From assembly GCA_025558095.1 (NCBI GenBank), contig JAIVFI010000035.1, forward strand, positions 248,001 to 312,000: DNA of 64,000 bases. The letters are read 5' to 3'. Positions 50,327-63,871 of this stretch are shown one piece after another. The notes under the pieces were generated by a model. It saw only the letters and a program-made list of their open reading frames with translations, made no database searches and was not told the DNA's origin. A program made the position numbers and the translations under genes. The stretch comes from Hyaloraphidium curvatum SAG 235-1. Taxonomy: Eukaryota; Fungi; Monoblepharomycota. How positions within the stretch are numbered: position 1 is the first letter of the stretch; every line of letters starts with the position of its first letter.

Positions 50327-51347
50327 TTCGACCGGAAAGTCCGCCGACTGGTGGGTGTTGGAAAGTATCGGGAAAGGCCGGCTGACTGGCAGGGCACTGA
50401 GTTGCTCGGAGATGTGGGAGCGGGATTGCAAGAATCCGGAGTTGGAGATGTGGCGGCAGGCCGAGTGACTCGACAACGACGAAGGAGCGAGGGATCCAAC
50501 TCCCTTCGAACCAGGATCGCAGGATGGCCGAGAGAGCGCTCTTCTTTCAGAGTAGTCGTGCTAAAGCTTGCATCCGTCGTCTGGAAAGTTGAGTTGGAAT
50601 GGCCGTTGCAATGTCAGCAACACTCTCGCAGCTCCAATGCAATAATCAAAAAAGGGTTCTTCGAGGAGATTCTGCCAGAGCGCAAAGCAAGAAATCATAT
50701 ATGACGTCCCGAGGCGCCGGTTGATGGGCTGTCGGGACTGGCCGGAGATTGTGGGCCAGCGACGGACAGCACTTCAGTCGGGGTCTTGCGACCCGAGCGA
50801 CGGCGCAATTTCCATCTTGGGCGATTCATTGGCACGATTTCGGAGGCACTTGGAGGTGATGGTGCCTGGGGGCGGCCAGATCGCGTTTTCTTCAAGGAGG
50901 GATCAAGCGGACCAGAGAGGGCGTGGGGCCGCGGGGCCAAAGAGGGCGCGATCGGTCTAATGGAACCAGATAGAGGTCATCTGCGCCGTCGGATGGCCAC
51001 GATCGAGGTCATTTGGGAGTGACCTCGCGAGGGGGATGTGGGTCCTTCCCTGAGCGCGACGCGGCTCAGGGACCGAAGACCACCGCGCCGGCCTCCCCAT
51101 CCCGCGGCCACCACCGGTCCGCCCCGTCCCGCCGCGGCCTTTGCGGCGAACGAGGTGCGGCGCGCCCTTCTGCAGCGGCGGCGCGGCGCGCGCGGCCCCT
51201 CTGCGGCCAGTGCTCACGCGATCCCCCCGCAGCGGCCCCGCTCCCCCGCGAATCACGGGCGCCGCCCCCTGAGAGGTGCGCGGCGGCGTGCGGCGGACCG
51301 GCTGAGCAGCGCGCTGACGGCGCGCCCCGCAGGCCCCCGGATCCACG

Positions 51348-54300
51348 ATGAGCGCGGGCACCAACACGACGTGCAGCTGCCACTGCGACGGCTGCAACGT
51401 CGTCGGCTGCTACAAGGACTACATCGCGGGCTACTTCGTCATCACGTGGGCCGTTCGCACCCCCGGCACGCCATCCGCTGACCCCGTCCGCAGCAACAAC
51501 CGCACCTGCGTGCCGCAGACATGCATCAACATCTTCCCCAACCTGTGCTCGTCGGCCTTCCCGGTGCAGGCCATCGTCGAGGGCACGCAGACCCAGCCCA
51601 ACTCGGCGGCAATCGCCGGCGGCGTCATCGGCGGCCTGTTTGCGGCGCTGCTGCTGGGCCTGCTGCTCTACTGGTGCTTCCGCAAGAAGGTCAAGCAGAA
51701 GACCGCCATCGTCGAGATGGCCAAGGCGCCGACCATTGAGGGCGTACGTTCCTGCAGTGTGTGCCGCGCGGATTCGCCTGACCCGTCACTGCAGGCCGTC
51801 GTCGAGGCCAAGAACGTCCCCGCCGGCGCCGCCGTCGTGCCCGTGGCCTCCAACAAGAGCGGCAGCGCCGTCGTCGCCGTGCCCTCTGGCAAGTCGGTCA
51901 CGGCCACTGCGTCGAACAAGAGCAACACTGTCAAGTGGCCCGCGACGACTGTGGGAGTGCCGGTTTGTGTTGTTGGTGTGGTTGGCCCCCTCCCCCTTCT
52001 CATGCACCCCAACCCCCCCAGGACGTCGAACTCAAGGCTCCGCAGATCGAGATGCCGGAACTGCCGAAAATCGACATGCCCACAGTGGAGGTGCCTCAAG
52101 TCGAGCCGGTTCGCGTGGCGCTGCCCGCTGTAGCCGCTGGAGCCGCCGTCGGCGCCGCCGCGGTCAAGGTTTCGGCGCCCAAGGCCGAGACCGTCGCCAT
52201 GCCGACTGTGGAAATTCCCGACATGCCCAAGGTCGAGCTTCCGGGCATGACCTCCGCCACCATCGCCCCGCCGACCGTCCAGGCACCGGTCGTGACTCAG
52301 CCGACCGTTAGTGCACCCACCGTGGCCGCCGCGACCATGGCGACCGTTGCGATGCCGACTGTTGTGCTGCCGACTGTCGAAAAGGCCAGGCTGGCGAGCG
52401 CCGAGGCCCCCAAGGTCGAAGCTGCGGCCATCGCCGCCCCGAAGGTTGGACGCTCGGCCGCCGCACCCCGTGCCCTACTCATCCAGCGTCTCTCTTTCTC
52501 GTCCAGGTCGAGCTCCCGGTCGTCGAGGTCCCGACCATCGCCAAGGTGGACGCGTCCGTTTCGGCGCCCAAGGTGGGCCGATTTTTGCCCGCCCCGTGGC
52601 CCGATCTAACTTTATCTTCCCCCACTTCTTTGCAAGGTGGATCTCCCGACCGTCGCTGCACCTCAAATCGAAGTTCCTACGATCTCTGCGCCGAAGGTGG
52701 GCCGTTTGGTTGGCTGCTGCCTTGCCCGACCTGACGACAGCCTTTCCCACTGTTTTCAGGTCGATCTCCCGACGGTTACCGCACCGAAAATTGACGTTCC
52801 GGTTGTGTCTGCTCCTACGGTGCGTCGGTCCGGTTGGATTGTTGCCGGGCACCACCTGACCGCCCCCCTGCCAGGTTGCCCTCCCTACTGTCGCCGCCGC
52901 TGCCGCCATCAGCCAACCCCAGGTGGATCTTCCCTCAGTGGAACTCCCGAAGGTGTCTGCGCCCACTCTGGAGGCGCCGACGATCGCCATGCCGGAAATC
53001 AGCGTCCCGAAGGTGGGGTGGGGGCAAGGGACCGCCTGGAGACGACTCTAACGCCGCCAAAACAGGTCGACGTGCCCTCCGTGAGCGCTCCCGACGTCAG
53101 CCTGCCCTCTGTCACTGCACCCAAGGTTTCTGCGCCCGCCGTTTCGGCTCCGGTTGTCGAGCTCCCGAAGGTATGTTGGAGGCGTCCGGGGGGCACTTGG
53201 AATCCGGCTCATTTCCGGGCTTGCAGGTCGAACTTCCCAGCGTGGAAGCTCCCAAGATTGCCGCCGCCACCATTGCGGCACCCACGGTGCGTTTGCGTGC
53301 CTGCGCGGGGTGTTTGCCCGCGGCTCACTCGGACACCCGACTTCAGGTCGCGGTCCCCAAGGTCGACGCGCCGTCGATCCAAGCTCCCTCTGTGGAATTG
53401 CCGGAGATGCCCAAGGTCGAGCTCCCGAGCGTATCAGCTGCCGCCTCGGTGCCCAAGGTCGAGGCGTCCATCTCGGCGCCCAAGGTCGACGTGGAGGTTC
53501 CCAAAGTCAGCGTCGCCGCCCCCAAGATCGAGGCTCCAGTCGTGGACCTACCTGACGTCGGAGCCACCGTCGCGATGCCCACCGTGGCCATGCCAACCGT
53601 CAGCGCACCGACGATGTCTCAGGCGACGATCTCTGCCCCCAGCGTGTCGGCCTCGGCCGCCGGAGCCACCGTGGGTGCCTCGCAACCGCCTTCCCGGGCC
53701 AGGAACTGACCATCTTTCTTCAAAATCAGGTCGCAATGCCGACCGTGGAGCTTCCGCGTGTCGAATTGCCGTCGGTTTCGTCGGCCTCGGTCAGCGCCCC
53801 GTCGGTGACCGTTCCCGCCGTCACGGCACCGTCTGTCAGCGTCAGCAGCAGCGCGAGCGGCATTTCCGCACCCGTCGTCGAGCTCCCCGTTGTGGAAACC
53901 CCGGCCGTCACGGCTCCGGCGGTCACGGTCAAGACGTCGAAGCTGCCGACGGTGAACGAGAGGCCTTCCGGTTAGTATCGACATAGAGCTTTGTCGGGCG
54001 GGCGGGCCTATGTATGCCTTGGGTTTTTAATCGTAATCTCTTGCCGAACGCCTCACAGGCGCGAGGGTCGCAGCCGGGGCCGCAGGGGCGGTGAGTGCGC
54101 CGCCGCCTCGCACCGTCTGTCCGGCTCTGATGTGTCCGCCCCAGTCCGCCGTCAGGAACGCGGCCGCGCAGATCGACTCGTCGGGCAGCAACCAGCCGCT
54201 GGTGCCCAAGGCGAACGAAAAGACGACCGTCGTGCCCAAGGAGACCAAGTTTGCGCGCGAGCGGCTGTTTGCGGCGCCGGCCGACGTGGCCGCCGCGCAG

Positions 54301-54840
54301 GCCAAGGCCAAGGCGGCGCTCGGGCCGGGCACGGCGATCGACGAGGCGCTCGCGATCGTGCAGGCGGCTGCGCTCAAGCCGACGGACCTCGCCGGGTCGG
54401 TGCGCGACGAGCCGACCGCCTTTGGAAGCAAGACGGCGCCCGGACCCGGCACGGGGGGAGGAGGCGCCGCCGCCGACGGCAGCTACCTCCTGCACGTCTG
54501 CCTGCCGCCCGTCGCCGGCGTCTCGGACACGGAGAACGTCGTCATGGTCGGCGGCGCGCCCGAGCTCGGCGCGTGGGACGTGGCCGACGGCGTGCAGCTG
54601 GCCAAGCGGCCCGACGGGACCTGGCAGGCGATCGTCGAGGTCGGGGATGCCAAGGGGGCCGCCGAGTACAAGTACGCGATCCTGGACGACAAGGACGGGA
54701 TGGTCAGGTGGGAGGAGGGGCCGAACAGGAAGGTCGAGTGGTGCGTTGGCTTGGGTAGGGGGCGAGATTTCGGCGCTGATTTGGGTGGCAGGGACCACGC
54801 CGAGTTCCAGAAGAACATTGCGCCGTTGATCAAGAAGTGA
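51348..54840 (+). CDS. Single-pass membrane protein with Pro/Val-rich AHNAK/periaxin-like repeats and C-terminal CBM20
   Basis: Cys-rich N-terminus and TM AIAGGVIGGLFAALLLGLLLYWCF-RKK. Many small exons encode PKV(E/D)LPxVxA units. CBM20 reads VVMVGGAPELGAWD..GTW..EYKY..RWEEGPNR. Splice phases link the repeat exons to the CBM20 exon. Confidence 0.8.
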
Positions 54841-55044
54841 TTTTTCGGCGAAAGAGAGAAGGAGAGGGATGGGCATTGGGAGACTAGAGAATGGAGCGTG
54901 TTTGATTCGAAGGGCGCAACAGAGGTTTTGGCGCGTGACGTGCTAAACGGGGTTTTTGCAAGTCGGAGATCCGGATTTTCGTAGCACCGCGACCCGCAGG
55001 GGGCGCACGATTCGGCCGAAACCGCGTCCGCTCGCTCCGCCGCG

Positions 55045-55990
55045 ATGCAGGCGTGCTCGGGAGGATGCCATCACGGACATCCGCCGGGCGGCACGGGGCA
55101 CGGGAGCGCGGGGGCGTCGCCTCGGGCCGGAAGTGACCCGAACCGGGCGGGGAGCGGAACGCCGACACCGGGACAGGAAGGGAGCCAGAATCAGGGCGTC
55201 ATCGACAGTGCGTTGAACGGGACGTCGTGAAGAGCAAGCTGACGTCATTTCCGGCAGTTCCCAGCGATTCGGATCATGAGCTGTCGATGCAGGGCGTCGA
55301 GTTCTCGGGCCCCGGGCGCAGGATCTCTGCCGGAAAGGGAGTCAAAAGCTTCTGGAAAGACCCACCTTTCAATGAGGATTCGGACGAGGAGATGGCCGAC
55401 GGGGACGGGCTTCCGAAGGGCGGGAGGAACAGATCGCCGTCGCCGGACCTCTCGCTCAAGCGCCGCAAGCCGGGCCCGGTCGGAACGCCTTTGCTACCGA
55501 CGCCGATGACGAACCTCACCAACTGGAAGCCGTCGCCGGGATCGCCGACGCCGGGCGCTTCGACCCTGCTGAACCCGTTCGACGGCGAGCTGGGCGACCT
55601 CGACTCGGACGAAGAGGGCGACGTGCAGCAAGGAAAAGGTGAGGAAAATGTCGCTGGAGACTGCCACGACTTTTGCCGAAAAGCGCCGAATCAGGTTTTG
55701 CGGACGGACTCGCTTCGGGATCGGGATCTGCGCAGGGCGCCACGGACCTCGGATCGGGATCTGCGCCGGTCGAGCAGGTCAAGAAGAAGCGCAGTAAGTT
55801 CCTTTGGGTTCATTTCCGCATCAAGCTGCTCATTTGGCTGCAACAGGCCCGACCTTTTGGCTTTCCTCTGCATCGCAGGGGCCGCGAATTGGCCCGCACG
55901 CCGCCGTCTCTTTCCCACTTTGGCTCAATCTGGCTCGGACGGCGTCCGCACATTTGCACACTATCGGGGCGTCGCCATTTCCCGATTTGA
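55045..55990 (+). CDS. Hypothetical low-complexity, possibly nuclear protein
   Basis: Phase-compatible GT-AG introns, S/P-rich, with LKRRK and KKKR. No domain recognised and the ends are uncertain. Confidence 0.35.
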
Positions 55991-56410
55991 ATCATCGACG
56001 CGATCGTAGAAATCTTTCGAGTCGAGAATGTGGGCTTCATTTGACGAAAACTGTGCCATTTTGTCGCTGGCCCCCAGGGAGACTTTTGCAGCAGATTTCG
56101 GACGACCTTTTCCGCGGAACTGGCGATCCTGCTCGTTGCGCCTCGGAAAAATCAAGGAAATAGGGCAAGGCAACGAATCCGTTGCCTCGAAGGCACTTTG
56201 GCAGACTCTATACAGACCCCTCTCGCGCCGCGTCCCGGCCACGCCCAACGAGTCGGGACAATCAAGTTCCAACACTCGATTCGGAGCTCCGAGGCAATCG
56301 CCGTTCATTTCCTTCCAATTCCCGCACAGCACAACGGGCATTCAATTCAATGCCAATAGACGAATCAATCCGCACCGCCCAGCCAACACAGCACCCCCTC
56401 CCGACGGACG

Positions 56411-57948
56411 TCAAATCCTCTCCAACCACATCTTCATGTGCTCGTCCATCTTGAGCTCCTCGATCCCCTTCCTCCGCTCCCTCTCCTCCGCCGTCTCCCT
56501 CCCCCGCTTCAGCTCCGCCTCGGCGACCAGGGGCACCTTGCGCGCGATCCCTTTCGGGATGGTCAGGTTGTACGTCCGGATGCGGGCGTTGATCTCGGCC
56601 ACGCGCCGGGAGATGTGCGCGGGGGCGACGGCGTCGTACGAGGAGGATTTGGTGTGCGAGGAGAGGGAGGAGCGGTAGATGGATTTCAGGTCGCGGCGGA
56701 GGGCCGAGATCTCGGCGTCGATCTCGAGGGAGGTCTCGATGAAGGGCGGCTTGAGGCCCTGCGCCTTGACGGCTTTCTGCAAGCGGGGCGCCAAAGTCAG
56801 CCCCGGATCGCACGGCGCGCCTTGTGCGGCAACCCACGTTCAAATGGTACTCGACGTTGTCCAGGAACGGGTTGCGCGCCGCCGGGTCGTTGTCCAGATA
56901 GTGCAGCCTCTCGCCCTTCCCCTGCAGGTCGTCGAACTGCCCCTCCCTCCTCGCCTGCTCGATCCTCTCCTCCACGATCGACTGCCACCCGAACGATCCC
57001 GCCGGCCTGACGGTCCAGTAGTCCTGCCACAGCACCTCGGTCGGCTGCTTGTACCGCTCCGCGTCCTGCAGCGCGTGGGAGAGGCGCACGCGCGAGGCGG
57101 CCCTGTCGCGGGAGGCGGGCGAGCGCGCACCGGGGAGGGCGGGGGAGGAGAGGAACTTGCGCGAGGCGACGGGGGTGCGGGCGAGCTGGGTGGGGTTGAG
57201 CTTGGCGTCGGGGCGTCTGCACCACCGGAGGTAGTAAGCCACAGAGAAGGACCTCGGATCGGAGCCCGGGAACGCACTCTGCCTGCGCCTCCTTGATCAG
57301 GAACGTCCGCAGCTTGGCCTCGGAGATGGGCGGGAGCGCCTCGTCCGGCCGCACCTGCCCCTCCCCTGCCTGGGAACCCGGAACAGCCAACGCCGCCCCC
57401 GCGCCCTTGTTCGGCGCCAGCCCGAAGCTCTCGGGAAACTCCCTGACCAGCTTCTCGATCTTGCTCGCCGTCGCGTAGGCTTTCATCGCCGCCGCGGCCG
57501 GCGACACGAACGGCCTCTCCGCGCGCCTCCTCGTCCCTCCTTCCCCCTCCGACGCGCCGTCGGCCGCGATGGGCTGCTCCGGAGCGCACACGATCCGCGG
57601 CGGGGGCGGCGCCGGCTCGCCGTCCGGGTACAGGAGGGCCTTGAGGGAGGCACGGAACTTTGCGACAAAGGTCGCGTCGTCGGCGGCCTTTCCGGGCGCG
57701 CCGACGTCGGCAAAGTCCGCCTCGTCCTCGGGCCGCGCGTCGGCGGGAGTTCGGCGCGGGGCCGAGTCCGACAGCACGACCTGCGGGCGCGGCGCGGCGT
57801 GCCTCGGGCCGTCCTTTGGTTCCTTGGCCGGGAACAATAGCCCGCCGACGAACGCGCGGCGCAGGAACGGCGCGGGCGGCGGGCGCAGGCAGCGGCGCGG
57901 GCGCGCGGCCCTCGCTCCGGCCGCGCCCGCCGCTCCCGGGGGCAGCAT
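56411..57948 (-). CDS. DUF1992 / DNAJC28 conserved-domain protein, probable mitochondrial presequence
   Basis: IVEERIEQARREGQFDDLQGKG, NPFLD..EYHLN, GLKPPFIE and INARIRTYNL. Arg-rich N-terminus. Confidence 0.85.
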
Positions 57949-58099
57949 CGCGGCGAGTGGGGGACGGAGATCTGGCTGCCTTTGATGGGGCCGCCGATTT
58001 CAAGCAGTCCTCTGATACTATTTCCGAATTTCTGATGCGTCGACGGCTGCCTGCCTAACTCTCCAACAGCGGACCACCCAACACAGTTCCCGAATTACG

Positions 58100-61084
58100 A
58101 TGCCCGCGGTGTACGGCAAGAAGAAGGGCGGCGCGCGGGCGGCGCAGCAGGCGGCGTGGCGCGACGTGTCGCTCGAGGAGGACGGCGGGGGCGGGCCGGC
58201 CAAGGAGAACGCGGGCGGCGCGAATGCGGGGCGGGAGGCGCCCGCGGGCAGAGGGCGCGCGGGCAGCTCTGCTCGGAGGGAGCGGTCGCCGGACGCCGCG
58301 GACCCGCCGGACAGCGCGGACTCGCCGGGATCCGCGGCGTCGCCGGAGGGGTCGCCGGAGGGGTCGCCCGCGCTGCCCGCGCCGCCCCGCCCCGCGCCCC
58401 GCCCCGCGCCCGCCCGCCGCGGCAAGCGCAACATGCCGTACCGCTCGGCGCGCGCAGTCGGGGCCGCCGCGGACACCAGCGCGTCCACCGACGGCGCGCT
58501 GCACGACAGCTCGTTCGAGCTCTCGGCGCCAGACGCCTCGGACGACTCGTTCCACGGGGCCGCCGCCGAGCCCGCCGGCCGCAGGAGGGCGCCGCCGGAG
58601 CAGAGCAGGCTGAGAGAGCAGGGGCGCCCCAGGCAGGGCACCGCGGACTCCAAACCGAGGGGCGGCGCCGCCAAGCGGGGCAGGGGCGCGCAGAAGGGCA
58701 ACCCCGCCCCGTCGCGAGGGCCAATCGGCACGGGGAGGCCCAACCCGGCTGCCCGCCTGCGCCGCGCACCGGCCTCGGACAGCGACCAGGAGGACCTGAT
58801 CGCGGGCATCGCCAGCGCGAGGCCGCCCGCCTCGCTGCGCACCTCCCCGATCCTGAAGGCGCGGCACGCGCTGGAGCCGGATCAGGACTCGGAACCGCAA
58901 CCCGAACCGAGTGCGGCTGCCGACGTCCCCGACATGCCCGACGACCCGTCGGAAGCGGACGCCTCCCTCCCCGCGCCGCAGAACCGGCATGCCATGATCA
59001 CCTCCACCCCGGCCGTCGGCCTGGTCGGCGACCGCCGCCTCGGCATCGCCGCGCCCTTCCCCAACCTGTCGCCCATTGCGCCGCTCTCGCCGATGGGCGG
59101 CGCCGCCGACGGCGACCTCCTGAGGTCGCTCGCGTCCTTTTCGCTCGACGGCGCCTCGGGCTCGGCCGGCGAGTCGGTGTCGGGCGCATTCGTGCGCACT
59201 CTGGCCGAGTCCTGCGCATCGGAGCGTCCGAAACATGCGTCCGGCGGTCGAACGAGGGAGTCGATCGCCACCGTCTCCTCGGACCCGCCCGCCGACGGCC
59301 CGTTCGGCGTCGCCGAGGTCGTCCCCGCCCCCCCGGACTCCGACTCCCCCCCTCCGCAGGTCCGCGGCCGCCGCCGCCCCTTGCCCGCCCCCCGCCCCGC
59401 CTCGCCCGCCGATACCACCGCCAGCCTCCCCCCCGCCGCACCCCGCCCCGATCCGCCGACGGTGTACAAGACCACCCTCGCGCGCCGCTTCGAGAACAAG
59501 CTGGCCACCACCGCCCGCCGCCGGCGCAGCTCCGTCGCGAGCAGCGCCGCCCTGGGCCGGTCCACCCGCAGGGTGGTCCCGCTGTCCGCTGGGGACGCGA
59601 GCGTGGAGGAGAGCTTCGCGACGTTCCTAACCGCCACGGAGGACGAGGAGGACGAGGAGGAGAGGGCGCTCAGGGCCGTCGGGCTGCAGCAGCTGCTCGA
59701 GGCGTGCGGGCAGGAGGAAGTGCTGTCGTTCGAGGAGGGGTTGGTTTGGGAGGATGCTGATGGGCAGGAGTGGGTCGACTGCGCGATCGGGAAACTGCAC
59801 GCAGCTGACGCTGTCCACCGCACGTCCAGGCACGACCTCAGACACTCGCTGGCCAAGATTGCCGAGGCCACCTACTCCGAGGTCTTTTCCTGCCCCCTCC
59901 CCGGCGCCGGCGGCCGGCGGCGCGGGGCGGCCCCCGATCGGGAACGCCTGGTGGTCAAGATCCTCCCCTTCTGCGCCTTCGAGGGCGCCGACGTCGACCC
60001 CGATACGGGCGAGCGCGTGCTCGTGAACGGATGCGGGCAGCTCGAGCCGTCAGCGGTGTGGACCGAGATCGCGTGCACCTCGCGGCTGGCTTCCGTGGGG
60101 TCGGGGCTCTTCGGCGGGTTCCACCGCGCGAGGGTGGTCAGAGGGTGCTACCCGATGGAGCTCGTCCGCGAGTGGAACCGCTGGGACTCTGCGCGCGCGC
60201 GCGAAGGGCTGCCCGGGTCGGACAACTGGGAGCCGGACTACTTCCCAGACGGGCAGCACTACCTCCTCCTCTTCCTGCCCTACGGCGGGCTGGACCTCGA
60301 GGCGTTCCCCGTGCCGTCGTGGCGCGCGGCGCATTCGGCCTTCTGGCAGGTGTGCCTCGCGCTGGCGGCCGCGGAGAAGGAGGCGCGGTTCGAGCACCGC
60401 GATCTGCACGTGGGCAACGTGCTCGTGCTCGAGGACGGAGAAGTGAAGGCGGGGACGGGCACGGCGCCCGAGGTGTTTTGGCGGGACGACGCCGCGGGGC
60501 GGACGTGGCGCCTCCGGCACCACGCCGTGCGCGCGGTGGTGATCGACTACACCCTGGCGCGGTTCGAGGGCGGCGGCAGGCTGTTCTACAACCCGCTCGA
60601 CGACGAGGAGCTCTTCCGCGGGCAGGGGGACAGGCAGTACGACGTCTACAGGGCGATGCGGGAGGCGACGGGGGGGGAGTGGAGGCTTTTCTGGCCGAGG
60701 ACGAACGTGCTGGTGGGTTCATCGGCAGCCTAACCGCCGAATGTGCGGCTGACGCCGACCTGTGCGTGCGGGCAGTGGCTCGAGTACATCCTGCACAAGC
60801 TCGTGCACGGAAAGACGGTGCCGCGGCGCGAGGCCGCCCCGGCGGAGCAGGCGCAGGCAAAGGGGTCCAAGGGCCGGGGCAAGGCGGCCCGCGGGAAGAA
60901 GCCGGCGCCCGCGGAAGATGCGGACGAGCCCGCGGATGCGGGGTTCAGGGAGCGGCTGGTTTCCCTGCTCGGGGAGGGCGCCGGGCCGGGGGTGCTCTCG
61001 TGCGCGAGCGCATCGGAGGTGCTCTCCCGGTTCGGCACGGCCTGGGAGGCCGCGGACGTGCTCGAGTTGGAACAGGATCCTTGA
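58100..61084 (+). CDS. HASPIN: Haspin-family kinase
   Basis: [44 protein letters not shown] and PRTNVL/WLEYI. Long disordered N-terminus. Confidence 0.95.
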
Positions 61085-61136
61085 GGCGATGGAATGCGGG
61101 TGGTATAGAGTCGGGTCATTTACACGCCGGGGCCGG

Positions 61137-62151
61137 CTACGGTGCCTCCTGCTGCTGCACCTCGACCTTTTCGTCCTTGAGCAGCTGGTCGATCTCCTCG
61201 GGGGTGAAGTTGTGGAAATGCGGCTTCTTGGTGGCGGGGTTGAGGGACAGTGTTGCGAATTCCACTGTGTGTCGGGGGGCGGGTCAGCGGTCCACCACGA
61301 GAAGGCAGATCTGGCAAAGAGCAGCCCACGTTTGTCGCTGGAAATGGTCGTCGAGTCCATGGTCTTTGCCAGGACCTTGACCGCCAGGCTCATTGCCTCC
61401 TTCAGCGTGAGCTCGTCCTTGTAGTCCTGCTTCAGGATGCTCTGCGCGTTGGCCGAGTTGGCGCCGATGCAGTTGGCCTTCCACCCGGCGTAGTTGCCCG
61501 ACGGATCCGAGATGTACAGCTGGAAGCCAAAGTGGTTGTCGTAGCCCCCGTAGATGAAGGACACGCCGTACGGCCGCAGACCTGGGCGTTCCGGCGCGTC
61601 GGCGGCAAGTCCACCGGCAGCGGGTTGGGGAGCCCACCTCCGAACTGCGTGTACCCCTGCTTCTGGTCACATAACCGCTGCACCAGCTGCTCCGCCGGGA
61701 TGTCCTCCTGGTACGTGAACAGATACCGCTGGGCCGCGACGCGCGCCGACTGGACCAGCGTGTTGGCGTCGGCGGTGATGCCGGCGACGGCGCACGCCAT
61801 GTTGCTGGAAACGCGTCCCAGAAACAGGCAGGAACAGACAGGCACGAGGAGGCGTTAGAGGGACAGGGAGGCGCGAAGGGGTGCGACGCGCCCCACTTGT
61901 TCAGCACGTAGATCTTCTCGGCGCCGATGTTCTGCTCCAGCAGCTTGCTCGTGACCTTCTTCTCCGCGGCGAGCACGACGCCGTCGGCGGCCAGGATGCC
62001 GAGCGCCGTGCCGGCGTGCGAGATCGCCTCCATCGCGTACTCGACCTGGTACAGCCGGCCTGCGCGCGCGTGAGCCGCGTCGGCCGCGGGCTGCGCGGCA
62101 CCCACCTTCCGGCGAGAAGATCGTCGTCCGCGAGTCGTACCGACGCGCCAT
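61137..62151 (-). CDS. PRE9: 20S proteasome subunit alpha-3 (PSMA4/Pre9)
   Basis: [41 protein letters not shown] and [12 protein letters not shown]. 4 introns. Confidence 0.97.
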
Positions 62152-62278
62152 GGCTGCGGCGGGACGCGGGACGGGAGGTCTCGAAGGGTGACCGCGTCTC
62201 GCAAGCGGATGATGGGGCGGAGCCGTCGCGGACAAAACACCGTTCCCCGAGTTCGCGAGCAGGTCGTTTTGGGCCACG

Positions 62279-63731
62279 ATGCGTATCGAAACCGAAGTAA
62301 AGGTGAGAACGAACTCGTCCGACCCCGCCCCGACGGCGCCGGGCGGCCGGGGAGGCTCCGCGGTGACTCCGTTGTCCCGGGTCTCTAATGTCCCCACTTC
62401 GCCTTCGGCCAGCTCGACTTCAAGGATGTACTCATCCGGCCGAAGCGCTCGACATTAAAGAGCCGGGCAGAGGTGTCGCTGCAGCGGGAGTACCGTTTCA
62501 GGAACTCGGGGCTCAACTGGGAAGGCGTGGGTGGCATCCCCCCGGCCGCTCTCGGTCCCGCTGACGGGGCCGACGCCGCAGATCCCGGTCATTGCCGCCA
62601 ACATGGACACCACCGGCACGCTGGCGATGGCCGAGGTCCTGGCCCAGCACGACCTCCTGACCGCCATCGCCAAGCAGTACGAGGAGGACGACTTTGCCAA
62701 GCTCAAGCCCGAGGTCGCCAAGCACGTGGCTATCAGCTCCGGGACCAGCGACTACGACTTTGAGCGCATGTCGCGCTGCGTCAGGGCCAACCCCGACGTG
62801 CCCTTCCTGTGCCTGGACGTCGCCAACGGCTACTCGGAGCACTTTGTCGACTACGTCCGCAAGGTCAGGGAGACCTTCGAGGACAAGACCATCATCGCGG
62901 GCAACGTCGTGACGGGCGAGATGTGCGAGGAGCTGCTGCTCAGCGGCGCGGACATTGTGAAGGTCGGGATCGGGCCGGGATCGGTTTGCACGACCAGGAT
63001 GAAGACCGGTGTCGGTTACCCGCAATTGTCCGCTGTCATCGAGTGCGCCGATGCCGCGCACGGGCTCAAGGGCCACATCATCTCGGACGGCGGCTGCACC
63101 GTTCCCGTGAGCTCAAATCCTCGGCAGGTAGCTTCGCCGGCCTCACACCTCACACCTTCCAGGGCGACGTCGCCAAGGCCTTTGGCGCCGGCGCGGACTT
63201 TGTCATGCTGGGCGGCATGCTGGCCGGCCACGACGAGAGCGGCGGCGAGCTCGTGGAAAAGGACGGCAAGCAGTACAAGCTCTTTTACGGGATGTCGAGC
63301 GAGACCGCCATGAACAAGTACGCGGGCGGCGTCGCTCAGTACCGCGCGGCCGAGGGTAAGACAGTCACGGTACCGTACCGCGGGCCCGTCGAGCGGACGG
63401 TGCAGGACATCTTGGGCGGCGTGAGGTCGGCGTGCACGTACGTCGGCGCGGCCAGCCTGAAGGAGCTCAGCAAGCGGACGACCTTCATCCGGGTCTCGCA
63501 GCAGGTTTGTCGCATCTTCCCATTGCTTGGACCTGTAGCTCACCTTGCCCCGTTCAGCTCAACCAGGTGTTCAGCGGCAGCGAGATCGCCCCCCCCGCCG
63601 CCCCGGACCGGCGGCCTTCGCAGATCAACGGCACCTCGCCCGGCCGCGATGCCAACCTGACGCACGACGACTCCTTGGGCCCGCCGCGGCACCAGAACGC
63701 CAACGGAAGGGCGAGCCCCCACCTGCCGTGA
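62279..63731 (+). CDS. GMPR: GMP reductase (GuaC type 1 / GMPR)
   Basis: [62 protein letters not shown] and YRAAEGK. Confidence 0.96.
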
Positions 63732-63871
63732 TCGAAAAAGAACCGTGTCGCTGGCGACCTGTATCATAGACAAACGAAAAAGGACGCGTGCAGTGTGTAT
63801 TCTCTGCTTTCTGCAAATGCCATCGGATTTCATCCAGCAACTGCCACATCAACCCTCTACTTCAAATGCAT

